From an uncultured Methanosarcinaceae archaeon (GTDB lineage Archaea; Halobacteriota; Methanosarcinia; Methanosarcinales; Methanosarcinaceae): a DNA stretch of 64,000 nucleotides. The position numbers and the translations under genes were made by a program. Of the stretch, positions 11,379 through 22,532 are shown in pieces (the first letter of the stretch is position 1; every line of letters starts with the position of its first letter). The stretch covers positions 111,031 to 175,030 of the forward strand of contig CAWHXP010000006.1 in the NCBI GenBank assembly GCA_963833425.1, read 5' to 3'. Below the pieces are notes generated by a model that had not been told where the DNA came from, searched no databases, and worked only from the letters and a program-made list of their open reading frames with translations.

Positions 11379-11687
11379 TCAACACACAGAGTCGTGCATA
11401 GCAATTCCAGTCTCTGTAAGACGATACATTCCGTCTTCAAATTTAAGGAATCCTTCTTTGAGTAGGAAATCCATATGAAACTTAAAGAAAAAATCGTTTA
11501 ATCCTGAATCTTCCATTAACTTCTTTTCATCCTTCCCAAATATCCCAATTATTCTAATAAGCTTTCTTCTTGCAGGATTTATAGAAACTTTTTCCATCAT
11601 TACATGCTCTAGTTTGATAGCTTCGCCTTCAGTAGGTTCCACTTTCTTGCAAAAATAATCCTCAAGTTCGTCTATATTCTCGTCCAA
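11379..11687 (-). CDS. Small winged-helix-like hypothetical protein
   Basis: NPARRKL...FHMDFLLKEGFL...YRLTETG resembles wHTH. Confidence 0.65.
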   Translation of the reverse strand: MDENIDELEDYFCKKVEPTEGEAIKLEHVMMEKVSINPARRKLIRIIGIFGKDEKKLMEDSGLNDFFFKFHMDFLLKEGFLKFEDGMYRLTETGIAMHDSVC

Positions 11688-12923
11688 GTCAAAACTCCAT
11701 CTTTTTTGATATCGAAACCATATTTTTCGAAAAGTTTCGAAGAAGATTAGTGTAATTGCTCTTTTCTATTTAAGTAGCATATTTGATTATTTGAAGTTAT
11801 CAATTAATAAATACTATTCGAGGGATGATAGGATAACCACTGCGAACAGAAAAACTATAATTCGCCTTTTAACTTTGGAAGAGAGAGATATGATACATTT
11901 GATTTTGTTCTATTAACCGATAACTGCACATATTCTATTATCTCACGCTTTATAAATTGATTATTAGGACAGCTGCTTCTTCACTTGGGAAAGTATCGAT
12001 TTAAATAAAAGAAACTAAAATATGAAGCAACTCCCGCTACAAAATTGATAGTCTTCTTGCATGAGAATTCCCTAACCGATGACTATTGGATTTATATTAC
12101 AATTAGATATTATATATAAATTTTGATAAATTCATTCTCAGGGCACTTTTTTTAGTTACAACTTAAAAACTCAATACGATATTGCAGCAACATTTTCGGT
12201 AAAACAGTGCCATTTTCAGATTTTACAGTGAATTTTGATAGATTTTCTACTCTTCAAGTAATAAAATAGCAGTGTTTTGAATAGCAATGTTTTGGCTTTT
12301 TGTTGCCTAGCTGATTTTAATAAAATCGATTTATTTTTCAAAAAATTAAGTAAAAATATTCATTTATTTCGACTGAAACTGAGAAAACATATATCATAAA
12401 GTAAAATGTGTGCATCAGTGAATACAAGATAAACAGAAACTATGTCGGCATAATAATCGGCTCTTCACACAGGTATATTTTACAGAATTGTTGGTATGCT
12501 TTCATAATATGATATATTAAAAAGTTTACTCAAAAGTCAAAATCTGACATTCAAGCAAGTCAACATTAGAATTTCAAGGAAGATAATAGGATTCCCGAAG
12601 AAAATAAATTGTTTAGTAAGTCAAAGGATTCTCTATGCACACATTTCAATTTCTTTAGAGAATATAGAGGATTAACATACATGATGAAAAAGACTTAAAT
12701 GTAAAAATACACCTACAAGAGAAACAGGAACTACTGAATAAAAATATATTTTAAAGAATTGCTAACATTCAGGTGTTTCAAAGCATCAATCTTATAAAAA
12801 CGAATGACCAAAAACTTCATTTAACATGTAATTTTCCCTCTGAAGGAGGAAAGATCGTAATCATTACAATGAGATCTGGATAGTTACCTACATTATTTCT
12901 TTATTCCTAAAGAAATTTGTTGA

Positions 12924-13409
12924 TCAGGTATCAAAGTTAATCTTTAGTACCTCACATTGCGGCATATTCTTAATTCGCACACCCTCCAATGTTCCTGTTA
13001 CTTCCAGGCTATCAAATTCACTTGAACCACATAGTATATCTTGATTAGGGTGCGTGCCAGGTGCGATGTTGCAGCTTAGAACAGTCTTTTTACCAGCAGA
13101 CACTACGATTGGAAGCCTTGCTGATGCAGGATGGTTCTTCGGAAGGACTATTAATGGTGACCTGATTTCCCGAATCATGAAGAGAATGCACTTAAGCCCT
13201 TTCTCAGTATTCCTCTCTATCGAAAGCGCAGAAGCGACAATTAGATCATGGGGCTCTAGTCCGAGTACAATTTCTTCGCTTTCAGTTTCCAGAAAGAACT
13301 GTCCACAATGACCTACTTTCACAATAGCCACAGTTCCTGCCGTGCCGCGCAGAAGAAGCATTTCACTTTCCTTCAGTGGAATGTCTTTAAAAGAGGTCGA
13401 TTTTTTCAT
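12924..13409 (-). CDS. Hypothetical protein
   Basis: 161-aa ORF with protein-like composition, co-oriented and 33 bp downstream of the small Zn-ribbon ORF. Confidence 0.7.
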   Translation of the reverse strand: MKKSTSFKDIPLKESEMLLLRGTAGTVAIVKVGHCGQFFLETESEEIVLGLEPHDLIVASALSIERNTEKGLKCILFMIREIRSPLIVLPKNHPASARLPIVVSAGKKTVLSCNIAPGTHPNQDILCGSSEFDSLEVTGTLEGVRIKNMPQCEVLKINFDT

Positions 13410-13441
13410 ATTAAAAATAAGTATCTAAAAAATCCAGTCGA

Positions 13442-13600
13442 TTAATTGGATTCTACTACATTTTGAGACTGGCAAGACGGACACTTCACATTCTTGCCAA
13501 TACCTTTGAACTTATTTCCACAATCTTTGCATACATAATCTTTAACAGGCAATTTTTCTTCCATATCGACATCAAACGCGTCTCCAACACTACACATCAT
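13442..13600 (-). CDS. Small zinc-ribbon protein (52 aa), missing from the ORF track
   Basis: Manual translation MMCSVGDAFDVDMEEKLPVKDYVCKDCGNKFKGIGKNVKCPSCQSQNVVESN*; two CxxC motifs; GAGGT RBS just upstream. Confidence 0.8.
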   Translation of the reverse strand: MMCSVGDAFDVDMEEKLPVKDYVCKDCGNKFKGIGKNVKCPSCQSQNVVESN

Positions 13601-14246
13601 TATTACCTCATGGTCTTATCAAGGAGCTTATTAAATTATATAATCTTCATATAATTACTTATAATTCTCCAATTAATACCTTTCCATACCTCCTAGCAAT
13701 TTATGACCTCAGTTCTCACATCATGGAAATCATTCCTGCAGAAATATTGTGACGATGGACATTTTTTTATTAATCTCTTTGATCGTTATAACTTCGTCAC
13801 CCAAAAGATGAGTAAATTTTTTGATAATTTTTTTGGCCACGGTACGCACACGTCCCTCATAAATACTGGATCCTTGTACATATTCTTCGACAATATATGA
13901 GTCATCATAGTGTTTTACTGCTCTAATTAATACCCTTATCAACCATATAACATAAAATCTACCGAATACTAATAGAGACCGATATAATTGCTCGTCAATT
14001 TTTATCCGGTTGATATTATCTAAGACACTCTTAATGAATTCTCTACGACTTTTCCAAATTTCAGTATACTGAACCTATCTCTTTAGCATATAATGACTCA
14101 AACATTCACCACTAAACACAGAAACGTCCACAAATATAGAACATTGTGCCACGATTAACTCTATATCCGTTTCTTTCACTAAAAAATTCAGAGTCAATGG
14201 TTATATTGACAAATCTTCCGTTCTATTATTTTCACTGATGAGAAGG

Positions 14247-14815
14247 TTTTAAGGTAAAATCTATATATTCAAGAAAGTTAGATATATTCATAATTGGATG
14301 GCTTAAAAATAATTCATTTAGTTTCTTCAAAAATAGCAGGATACTTTTCTTTTAATGGTATGCGTAGCTCTTCATCTAATTTTGCAGCATGAAGTGTTTT
14401 CACTTTTGAAAGCTGGTAGAGTGATAAATGCTGAACTCCTTGAATGTCAGCTCTTCAATTTTAGCCTCTTTAAAGTTCGCCCGTATAAAATAAGTCCATT
14501 TAAGATTAGCCTTTGAAAATCAGCTACTTCAAGGAGCTGACATTAATTGGACTTATTTTATACGGGCGAACTTTAAAGAGGCTAAAATTGAAGGAGCTGT
14601 ACTTGAGGGAGCTAATCTTTTAGGAGCTCAGCATTTATCACTCTACCAGCTTTCAAAAGTGAAAACACTTCATGCTGCAAAATTAGATGAAGAGCTACGC
14701 ATACCATTAAAAGAAAAGTATCCTGCTATTTTTGAAGAAACTAAATGAATTATTTTTAAGCCATCCAATTATGAATATATCTAACTTTCTTGAATATATA
14801 GATTTTACCTTAAAA
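14247..14815. repeat. Long inverted duplication (fold-back palindrome)
   Basis: ~14247-14433 is the reverse complement of ~14628-14815; ~14449-14498 matches ~14548-14598. Confidence 0.93.
14530..14748 (+). pseudogene. 3' fragment of a pentapeptide-repeat protein gene
   Basis: Reads ...IRANFKEAKIEGAVLEGANLLGAQHLSLYQLSKVKTLHAAKLDEELRIPLKEKYPAIFEETK*; A(N/D)LxG pentapeptides; no 5' end. Confidence 0.8.
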
Positions 14816-15091
14816 TCTCTGCATCAATTAAACATAACCTCTGCTTTTTGTGGTGAAGAAAAGGGATACAAAGTGATTCAGAGTTTACAGAATTTTCTGT
14901 ACACCGCCAGTTTCTGATAAAGTGTCTTCAAAATACTTTTTATAGTCAGCACTCTAAATAGAACATATTAAATACTATTAAATGTCCAGTGCCTTACCGG
15001 ATATAAGCAATTTGTTGAAATCCGAGGTCAGTTGAAATTTTATATATTTTAGCATGCGATTAATTTGGACAAAATATAAAGAATGAAATAA

Positions 15092-15421
15092 ATGTTGAGA
15101 CAATCATCTAGTAGAATGAAAAAGGTACTTGCGATTTTGCTGGCAGTCCTTTTTGTAGTATCTTTTACAGCTGTAGCAGCTAGTACTCGCTATGGTGGAT
15201 ATGGCCACCGAAGGTTGATATGGTTTGGGTCCCGGATGGAGCTATGGTACTGTACTGGTTGTGTATGCGTGAACGGTAATTGGATTTGCCCCTCATACGT
15301 CGGAATGCCACACACGATGCAAGCTTCGGCAGCTGCAGCTCTAGCTCCAAGTCCAAATGTTGCAGGACTAACTATATTTCCAGAAACATCATCAACATCG
15401 ACAAATTCTTCAAGTCACTAA
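15092..15421 (+). CDS. Small secreted hypothetical protein (possibly degenerate)
   Basis: Signal peptide MKKVLAILLAVLFVVSFTAVAAS, Cys-rich centre, Ser/Thr tail. Confidence 0.55.
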   Translation: MLRQSSSRMKKVLAILLAVLFVVSFTAVAASTRYGGYGHRRLIWFGSRMELWYCTGCVCVNGNWICPSYVGMPHTMQASAAAALAPSPNVAGLTIFPETSSTSTNSSSH

Positions 15422-17664
15422 TTGAAGCAATGTCAATAATATCCCCTTTAGTCATCGTTTAGAATTTCGATAAAAAAGCATGAGAATTATGAGAAACGAA
15501 CTCATTTAAAATTCGAAGCTTTTAAAGTAACTATTAAATTAGATTAAGCCACATGTATTATATATATATAGATATATTCAAACTTAACATTTTATGTATT
15601 CTATTCATTTCTTGACTCAGTTCCAAAATCCAATGATAAAATAAGTGTAATACCATAACAAGCCGTCTTCTATTATCTTGTTAATGTTATTTTCAGAATA
15701 GTTTTAAATTTTATCGCCAATTTTTTAGTTCCCCTTTGGTGTGGCAAAGGTATCTGTTTCAATGCATGGAAATGCAAGAGTTCATTATACTGAATGACTT
15801 ATCATGAGAATATAACTAGTTAATATGAATGACTTAATTAGATCCAAATTGAGAAGTTAATTAATGGAATTAAATGTTAGGAGAAATAATTTATAGAGCT
15901 ATAACATACTAACACATGTAAATATTTATAATTGTTATTTGACATCATTATGTAATCATTTATTCTGGCTTTTTAGACTCTTATTTTCAAGGAAAGTGAA
16001 ACGACATGATACCCAAAAGAGGCCAAAATGAAAGCCAGATTTCGTATTTAAAGAGACAAAGTTTAAAAAAGCACATTGAAATTTTAATCCTATATACTTT
16101 ATTAATCTTTATACTCAACTTATTCTGTAATTTTCAAAATAGGCACGTGTGTCCCGGGAAAAATAGATGCATTTCAGTGATAAGAACACTTTGGTATGCG
16201 TTAATAGCTATATTCAATCCAAGTCTTACAAAATTAACACATGATTACTTAATTATTCTATTCCTATGAAATACCATTGTCACCTTTTCAATGGCGTTTA
16301 ATCAAATCGTCTCATGCTTATTGTCTATTGTTGTAGACATCTATATGGCACACACTCTACTACGGATATACGCATTTATTTATGGAGCAGCTGGAGTAGA
16401 TGTACTTATAAAAAGTCGAGTGAATAATAATGATTTATAATTAGTAGCCAAACTCGGGTTTGCGTTTTCACCGTTTCACTTTGCACATTCTTTTTGGATA
16501 ATTTTAGAGCAATCAGTATAGAGTGGATACCCTGTTAGCTCATTACTTAATTAAAATATTTAAATAATGGATATTCGAAACAGTTTTTTGGGGAATATTC
16601 TTTATTCTTGTAGCTGTTAGCGATCTTCAATACATGGTGTTATAGGAGTTTTTGTAATGTTATTATTTTCGTATGAAATCTACACTTTTTAAGAAATGAA
16701 AAAAAGATTGCAAAGAAAGATTAGCACAAATATTTTATAAACAATCATTATTTGGGGCAATTTCACTATTTGGTCTAATCCCCCTCACAATAGAAAATAT
16801 TCAAATAGGCATGTTCAGTGAAAACTTTTTAAAATTAAACCCTTCTCGAGTTGTTCATTTCTCAACTTATTTACGGAGTTTTTTCCTTCCATTTTTTTAC
16901 ATCCGACATTTGGGAGTTTACAAACAGGATTTTTGACAACAATTTATCTGTAAACATATATGTGGGTACGACTTTTATTGGATACGCTGTCATCTTACTC
17001 TTTTTATTCGCGACTCGTAGACTAAAAGAAAACAAATCTGTAAAATTTTGGTCAATTTCTGCATTGCTTTTTTCGTTACTCAGTCTTGTTCCACTTCTTC
17101 ACTTAAAAGGTAGCAAATAGTTAGCAGTGTCCTGTACCACTATTCTCTTCCATTTTTTGCCTTGTAATATTATTCAATCTCTGGATACTTATATGCCGAT
17201 TTCCAACTAATAATTTCAGTAAAAGGACATATTTATTGCCCTCAGCTATCATTTTTGCCATGATTTATCGATTGATTTATTTCGTTTTCCCATAAAATTG
17301 AATTTAAGTCAAGGAAATTAATATTTTATTGTTTTGCATGATTAGGGAAAAAAGGACGATCAAAAATGGTAAAAAGTCTCATAATATCAATGAAATTTGA
17401 TAGGCAAAGAAATATGGGCATCTAGCTCGATTAATATACCTATTTAATTATATAACTTGTAATTTGCACTCAATATTTTAGTGTGGACTGTGCATAATTT
17501 TTACTTTAGAGCTCTATAGTACTAAAGGAGGTCCTTACAAAAATGGAATTTAAAGTAAGTATAAATTTTTTCCGCGAGACTATTAAGGAAAAAAAAAATG
17601 ATCACATAAATAAAAATTTCCTTGAATTAAAATATATCTGATCTATTGTAGAGGAGCATTTAGT

Positions 17665-19056
17665 CTAAAAATCAAAAAGTGAACTCTGACATTTAGAGTT
17701 TTCTATTTTTTCATTTTCAAATTCTTCGTTCTTTTTTTCAAAATATTTATCATTTTTTTTCACAGGTTTTATTTTTTCCAGGTTCGAAGACAAGATCTGA
17801 TCTATTTGTTGGGCTTGCACTTCTTTTGAGTATTTTGAGTTTTTTTCTTTTTTGGATCCCTCTTTAATGCCTGACTCAGAATTTTTCGCTTTAAGGTTTT
17901 CAGGCAATTCCAGCCAGCCGTAGTGCCCTCCTCCACCTGGATGAATTATAACATTGCCTTTTCTAAAAGCAAGTATCGCATTTACTATCCGTTCGTCCAC
18001 TATTTTTAGGGCCTCAGGTTCTGAATGAATAAGAGCTTCAACCTCGTTTCCAAAATGTTCTACAAGAATATTCCAGGCAGTTTTTACACCTTTTGTCTGG
18101 ACACTTGAATGGCCAAGAGCCATCTGGATTATCTCTGCAAGAGGAATCAAATGGAGGTAAGGGGAGCGATGGCCAGGGTGCCTGGGCTCTTTAAAATCTG
18201 CGAGTTCTTTGACACGATCTAGAACCCCTTTCTTTATGATGCCTCTACATATCTGGCAGCGCCATTTATGCTCGACAGCTTCAGGTAGTGAATACTGGGT
18301 GAAACACTTAATACAGGCTGAACGGTTGTATTTCCCTTCTTCAGGAAAGAACCCTACATTCAGAATAGCTCTGTATCCCTGTTCTCTGAGGATTGCTTTT
18401 TTCAGGCCATCAAAAGTAATTTCCGGAACATCAAATTGCGTGAACTCCCTGGCAAGTTTATTGGTTGAAGGAGAATGTGCATCAGAATTTGAAAGAAAAG
18501 TAAGTCTATTCAACTCTTCAATTCTATCTGCATAGTCACTATCTGCACTCAGGCCAAGCTCTAGAAAAGAAACGTAATCTGTCATATGGCCATAACAGCT
18601 CTGCAAACTGTCGTGGTAGCCATAAAGTGCTTTCCAGGGAGTAAATGCATGGCAAGGACCTATTAGAGCTCCAAGGTCTTTTGCGATTTCTGCAATTTCG
18701 GTACCATTCAGATTTATAGTGGGACGTCCATCGGCTTCAAGATTCCCAAAGGTCGAAATGCGTTCTGCAAGGTCTTCAGCTTTAGAAATCGAAGGTAAAA
18801 TCATAAGGTGGTGTACACCTTTATTATCTTCTATCTCGGTAGTAGGAATGAAATAAATACCTTCGATGCGGATCTCTTCATTTGAAATGGAAACCCGTTT
18901 TATTTCTTCGAGCCATTTCGGATGAATACAGTCCGCAGTACCGAGCAATTCCATTCCTTTTTTTGAAGCTTCCCTGGCAATCGTTGGAAGTTCCATTTTC
19001 CTTGAAGATGCCATTGAGTACTTTGAATGGAGATGGAGGTCCGTATTGACTTTCAT
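17665..19056 (-). CDS. PHP-family endonuclease Q-like protein (TIGR00375 type)
   Basis: DLHLHSKYS, HAFTPW, ELGLSADS, NSDAHS, GKY, CxxC...CxxC, PGGGGHYG. Confidence 0.88.
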   Translation of the reverse strand: MKVNTDLHLHSKYSMASSRKMELPTIAREASKKGMELLGTADCIHPKWLEEIKRVSISNEEIRIEGIYFIPTTEIEDNKGVHHLMILPSISKAEDLAERISTFGNLEADGRPTINLNGTEIAEIAKDLGALIGPCHAFTPWKALYGYHDSLQSCYGHMTDYVSFLELGLSADSDYADRIEELNRLTFLSNSDAHSPSTNKLAREFTQFDVPEITFDGLKKAILREQGYRAILNVGFFPEEGKYNRSACIKCFTQYSLPEAVEHKWRCQICRGIIKKGVLDRVKELADFKEPRHPGHRSPYLHLIPLAEIIQMALGHSSVQTKGVKTAWNILVEHFGNEVEALIHSEPEALKIVDERIVNAILAFRKGNVIIHPGGGGHYGWLELPENLKAKNSESGIKEGSKKEKNSKYSKEVQAQQIDQILSSNLEKIKPVKKNDKYFEKKNEEFENEKIENSKCQSSLFDF

Positions 19057-19119
19057 TTACTCCCTTTACCAAAAATTCTACTTTTTCAGTTTATTTTTTC
19101 CCATTTTTTTTACTGGCTA

Positions 19120-19890
19120 TCATCCGATATATCGCAGGTCGTCTTCGGTAGGTTTAACTCCCTGGAAGCTCGATTGCTCTTCTTTTTCTTTCAGCTTTTC
19201 CATGATGCTTTCCATTTCCTCGGCTTTTTTCGTGAGCGAGTCCATGTTTACTTTGATCTCAAAGATTTTACAAATTAATTTTAAAAGAAACTGGGCACTT
19301 TTAGGATCCATTAGATATCCAGGTGTCATGCCCATAAGGCAGGCTGCATCAATGCCACGCATCCTGCTGAAAGCTATCAGCAAGCCCGAAGCGCCCACAA
19401 TTCCCCCGCTTGGTTCGAATTCCCTGAACTCTACCCCATACTTTTTGATCTCTTCGATCATTTTAGTATCGTTCGCGACTCCTAGGACTGTTTCTTCAGA
19501 GGCGAGTTTGCCTGTGGGATAACCTCCTAGCGTATAAATTCTTGAAACTTTAAATTCCTCTGCAACATCAAGGTAAAGAGAGCATAGTTCATAGTGTCCC
19601 TGTGAGGTGGTGCTCTGATGATCTCCTACAAGGAAAAGGACATCGTTTCCATTTGCTTTCCCGTGGTATATCATATTGCTTACCAAACGGACAGTGCAAT
19701 CTTTATTAACTAGTACCTGAGGTGGGAAATGTGGAGAATAAACCTCCATAATCTTTTCAGCCTCAAGTTCGTCTACCAGATGCTCTGCCACTAGCTTACC
19801 TACAAGTCCTACTCCTGGAAGTCCGACTAACATCACGGGTTTTTTGATTTCAAGGTCATGTTTCAGGCGGACAAGTGTACTTTTTTGCAT
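19120..19890 (-). CDS. Proteasome assembly chaperone (PAC2) family protein
   Basis: GLPGVGLVGK, FPPQV, GIVGASGLL, C-terminal DLRYIG; conserved position after nop10. Confidence 0.9.
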   Translation of the reverse strand: MQKSTLVRLKHDLEIKKPVMLVGLPGVGLVGKLVAEHLVDELEAEKIMEVYSPHFPPQVLVNKDCTVRLVSNMIYHGKANGNDVLFLVGDHQSTTSQGHYELCSLYLDVAEEFKVSRIYTLGGYPTGKLASEETVLGVANDTKMIEEIKKYGVEFREFEPSGGIVGASGLLIAFSRMRGIDAACLMGMTPGYLMDPKSAQFLLKLICKIFEIKVNMDSLTKKAEEMESIMEKLKEKEEQSSFQGVKPTEDDLRYIG

Positions 19891-20054
19891 AAAATTCCTG
19901 ATCCTTTCTTTGCTAGTCTGCGGTACCTACCATAAGAGTCCTGTGGAGAAAAGCGAGCCGGAATTACAGGTGAGGTTTCTTTCTCACAAACCGAACATTT
20001 TTCCCTTAAAGTGTACCTGCCGCATTTTTTGCATTTGCGGATCCTTTGTCCCAA
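19863..20054 (-). CDS. nop10: H/ACA RNP protein Nop10
   Basis: KCKKCGRYTL...C..C...PARFSPQDSYGRYRR. Confidence 0.93.
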   Translation of the reverse strand: MGQRIRKCKKCGRYTLREKCSVCEKETSPVIPARFSPQDSYGRYRRLAKKGSGILCKKVHLSA

Positions 20055-20060
20055 AGAGCA

Positions 20061-20876
20061 TCACGCCTTTGTTGATTCGATGTGCCGTTTAAAAGTCCCA
20101 TGTCCACCAAGTTTGGATATCGTATCGACTGCTGTCTGGGCAGATTTTTTCAGGACTGATTCGGCTTTCTTATAATCCGGAGCTATTACCTTAATTCTAT
20201 ATCTAGGAGCTCCTGTATAACTCACTTCTAGCCTTACGTCTTTTCCATCCACCTCACTTATAGAATTTGCAGCACTTAGAGCTTTTTTTATAACCTCTAT
20301 TCCATTTGGAAGGTTGCAGGTCAGATCCACATAACCTGCAATATCTACAAATGGGAGTTTGATATTTTCCCCTGCGATCTTGATTATACTCTTCAGGTGT
20401 TTCTTATTTATTTTGATTCCTTTGAAGGCTATTTCTCCTTCGACAGCAGCTTCTTCAAAGGCTGAATATGCACTTCCAAATTCATCTACAAGTTTTTCAT
20501 TCAATGCGTGTAGGTTATTTTCATCGACCTTTGTCTCTTCAGCTACGAACTGTAGCCATTTGGCGGCTTTTTGTTCATTTTTCCATTCCTGTATTTTAGC
20601 GCGCCTTTGATGCTCGTTAACGTCTTTTAATGACAGATCTATGTGGCCGCGAGAAGGGTCCACGTTTAGAACCTTGCAGACGATTTTCTGGCCTTCCCTC
20701 ACGTAGTCCCTTACGTACTTGACCCAGCCTGCTTTAATTTCGGAGATGTGGATAAATCCCTCTCTTCCCTCGAATTCCTCAAGCTCTACATAAGCTCCGA
20801 AATCCGTCACGTTCTTTACAGTACATACAACAAACTCTCCGACTTCTGGCCAGTTATCGTTTCCCATTCGCACCAC
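20061..20876 (-). CDS. eif2a: Translation initiation factor 2 alpha subunit (aIF2-alpha)
   Basis: S1 domain WPEVGEFVVCTV...GFIHISEI, GAPRYRI. Confidence 0.96.
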   Translation of the reverse strand: MVRMGNDNWPEVGEFVVCTVKNVTDFGAYVELEEFEGREGFIHISEIKAGWVKYVRDYVREGQKIVCKVLNVDPSRGHIDLSLKDVNEHQRRAKIQEWKNEQKAAKWLQFVAEETKVDENNLHALNEKLVDEFGSAYSAFEEAAVEGEIAFKGIKINKKHLKSIIKIAGENIKLPFVDIAGYVDLTCNLPNGIEVIKKALSAANSISEVDGKDVRLEVSYTGAPRYRIKVIAPDYKKAESVLKKSAQTAVDTISKLGGHGTFKRHIESTKA

Positions 20877-20937
20877 TTCTCAAGTTTCGTCTTAAATTAC
20901 TCTCTATTACTTCTGTAAAATGCTTTTAAGTATCCCT

Positions 20938-21441
<504 letters not shown>

Positions 21442-21824
21442 TTATGTAGAACATCTTTCCGGTTTTTGCAGAAAAGCATTATTATATATAATTATTTAAT
21501 ACAGTGTTAAACATGGTATTTTATTTCGAGAAAGCTCTTGCCTGGGAAGTTTTTGATTCGATAAACTTAAAATTTTTTAAAATATTTTGTGTCCTTAACA
21601 TCACGATTGTCAGTCTTGTATCGAAGACAATGTCAGAGCATGCTAACAAGGTTAAGTTACACAGATATAGCTACACATATATATAGTAATGCTATTTCCT
21701 AAATATACTAATAATATTTTTGAAGTTTTCCCCTCTATCTATCATATATGAATTAACATTTTAGGACTTCTGACCTACCTACTTTCTTTCTCCTAAAGTT
21801 AGAATGACTGCAAGCTTTTGACTA

Positions 21825-22532
21825 TTAATTTTTTCCTAAATTTTGCTGGTCAGTAATCAGTTTGGCTGCATTTCTTTTAATCAGCCCTGTTGCATTGAGC
21901 TGCGGCAAAACAACAACATCTTCAGCACTGACAATATAATTTCTTCCATCTGCACCTGTGAAAGTAGGCAAGTCTCTCAGTATTCGGACAACAACATAAT
22001 CCCTATTTATACTTTTTTTTCTTGGCTCTGCTCCTGTTTCTTTATCAGCTTCATTTGTGGGTATCTCTCTTCTAACCTCAATTTCTCCCCGGATGCTGGG
22101 ATAAACCTGCCTTTCTGATATACTTTTTTGCTTGAATGCAATCTTTTCTACACCAGGATACAGGATAGGACCTAGAAGTTCCATTTTCGCAGTCTCAATT
22201 CCCTGGAGCACCTGGTCATAAAGCCTTTTTTCCGCGGGAAGCAATTTTTCAATATCCTTTGAGATAGGTTTATCTGCGTGAGATTGATTAGTCGCCCTTG
22301 TAATAACTTTTCCTATTCGTTTCATGAAGATAGTCTCAAGGTCGGAAAGTGCTTGTTCGTGCTCATCATGAAGCATCTTAGACTCCGGAGAACGGGAATT
22401 TTCGAGTTTAGATATATCTTTTTCAAGATCCCGGATATATTTCTCAGCTTCCAAGTAAAAATCAGCCGGAATGGCCTTCAATATCTGGTTTTTTTCCTTA
22501 TACAAGATCTGGCTGATTTCTTCTATATCCAT
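21825..22532 (-). CDS. GINS subunit (Gins51-type)
   Basis: Directly downstream of priS; C-terminal VRILRDLPTFTGADGRNY..AEDVVVLP..NA B-domain. Confidence 0.8.
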   Translation of the reverse strand: MDIEEISQILYKEKNQILKAIPADFYLEAEKYIRDLEKDISKLENSRSPESKMLHDEHEQALSDLETIFMKRIGKVITRATNQSHADKPISKDIEKLLPAEKRLYDQVLQGIETAKMELLGPILYPGVEKIAFKQKSISERQVYPSIRGEIEVRREIPTNEADKETGAEPRKKSINRDYVVVRILRDLPTFTGADGRNYIVSAEDVVVLPQLNATGLIKRNAAKLITDQQNLGKN

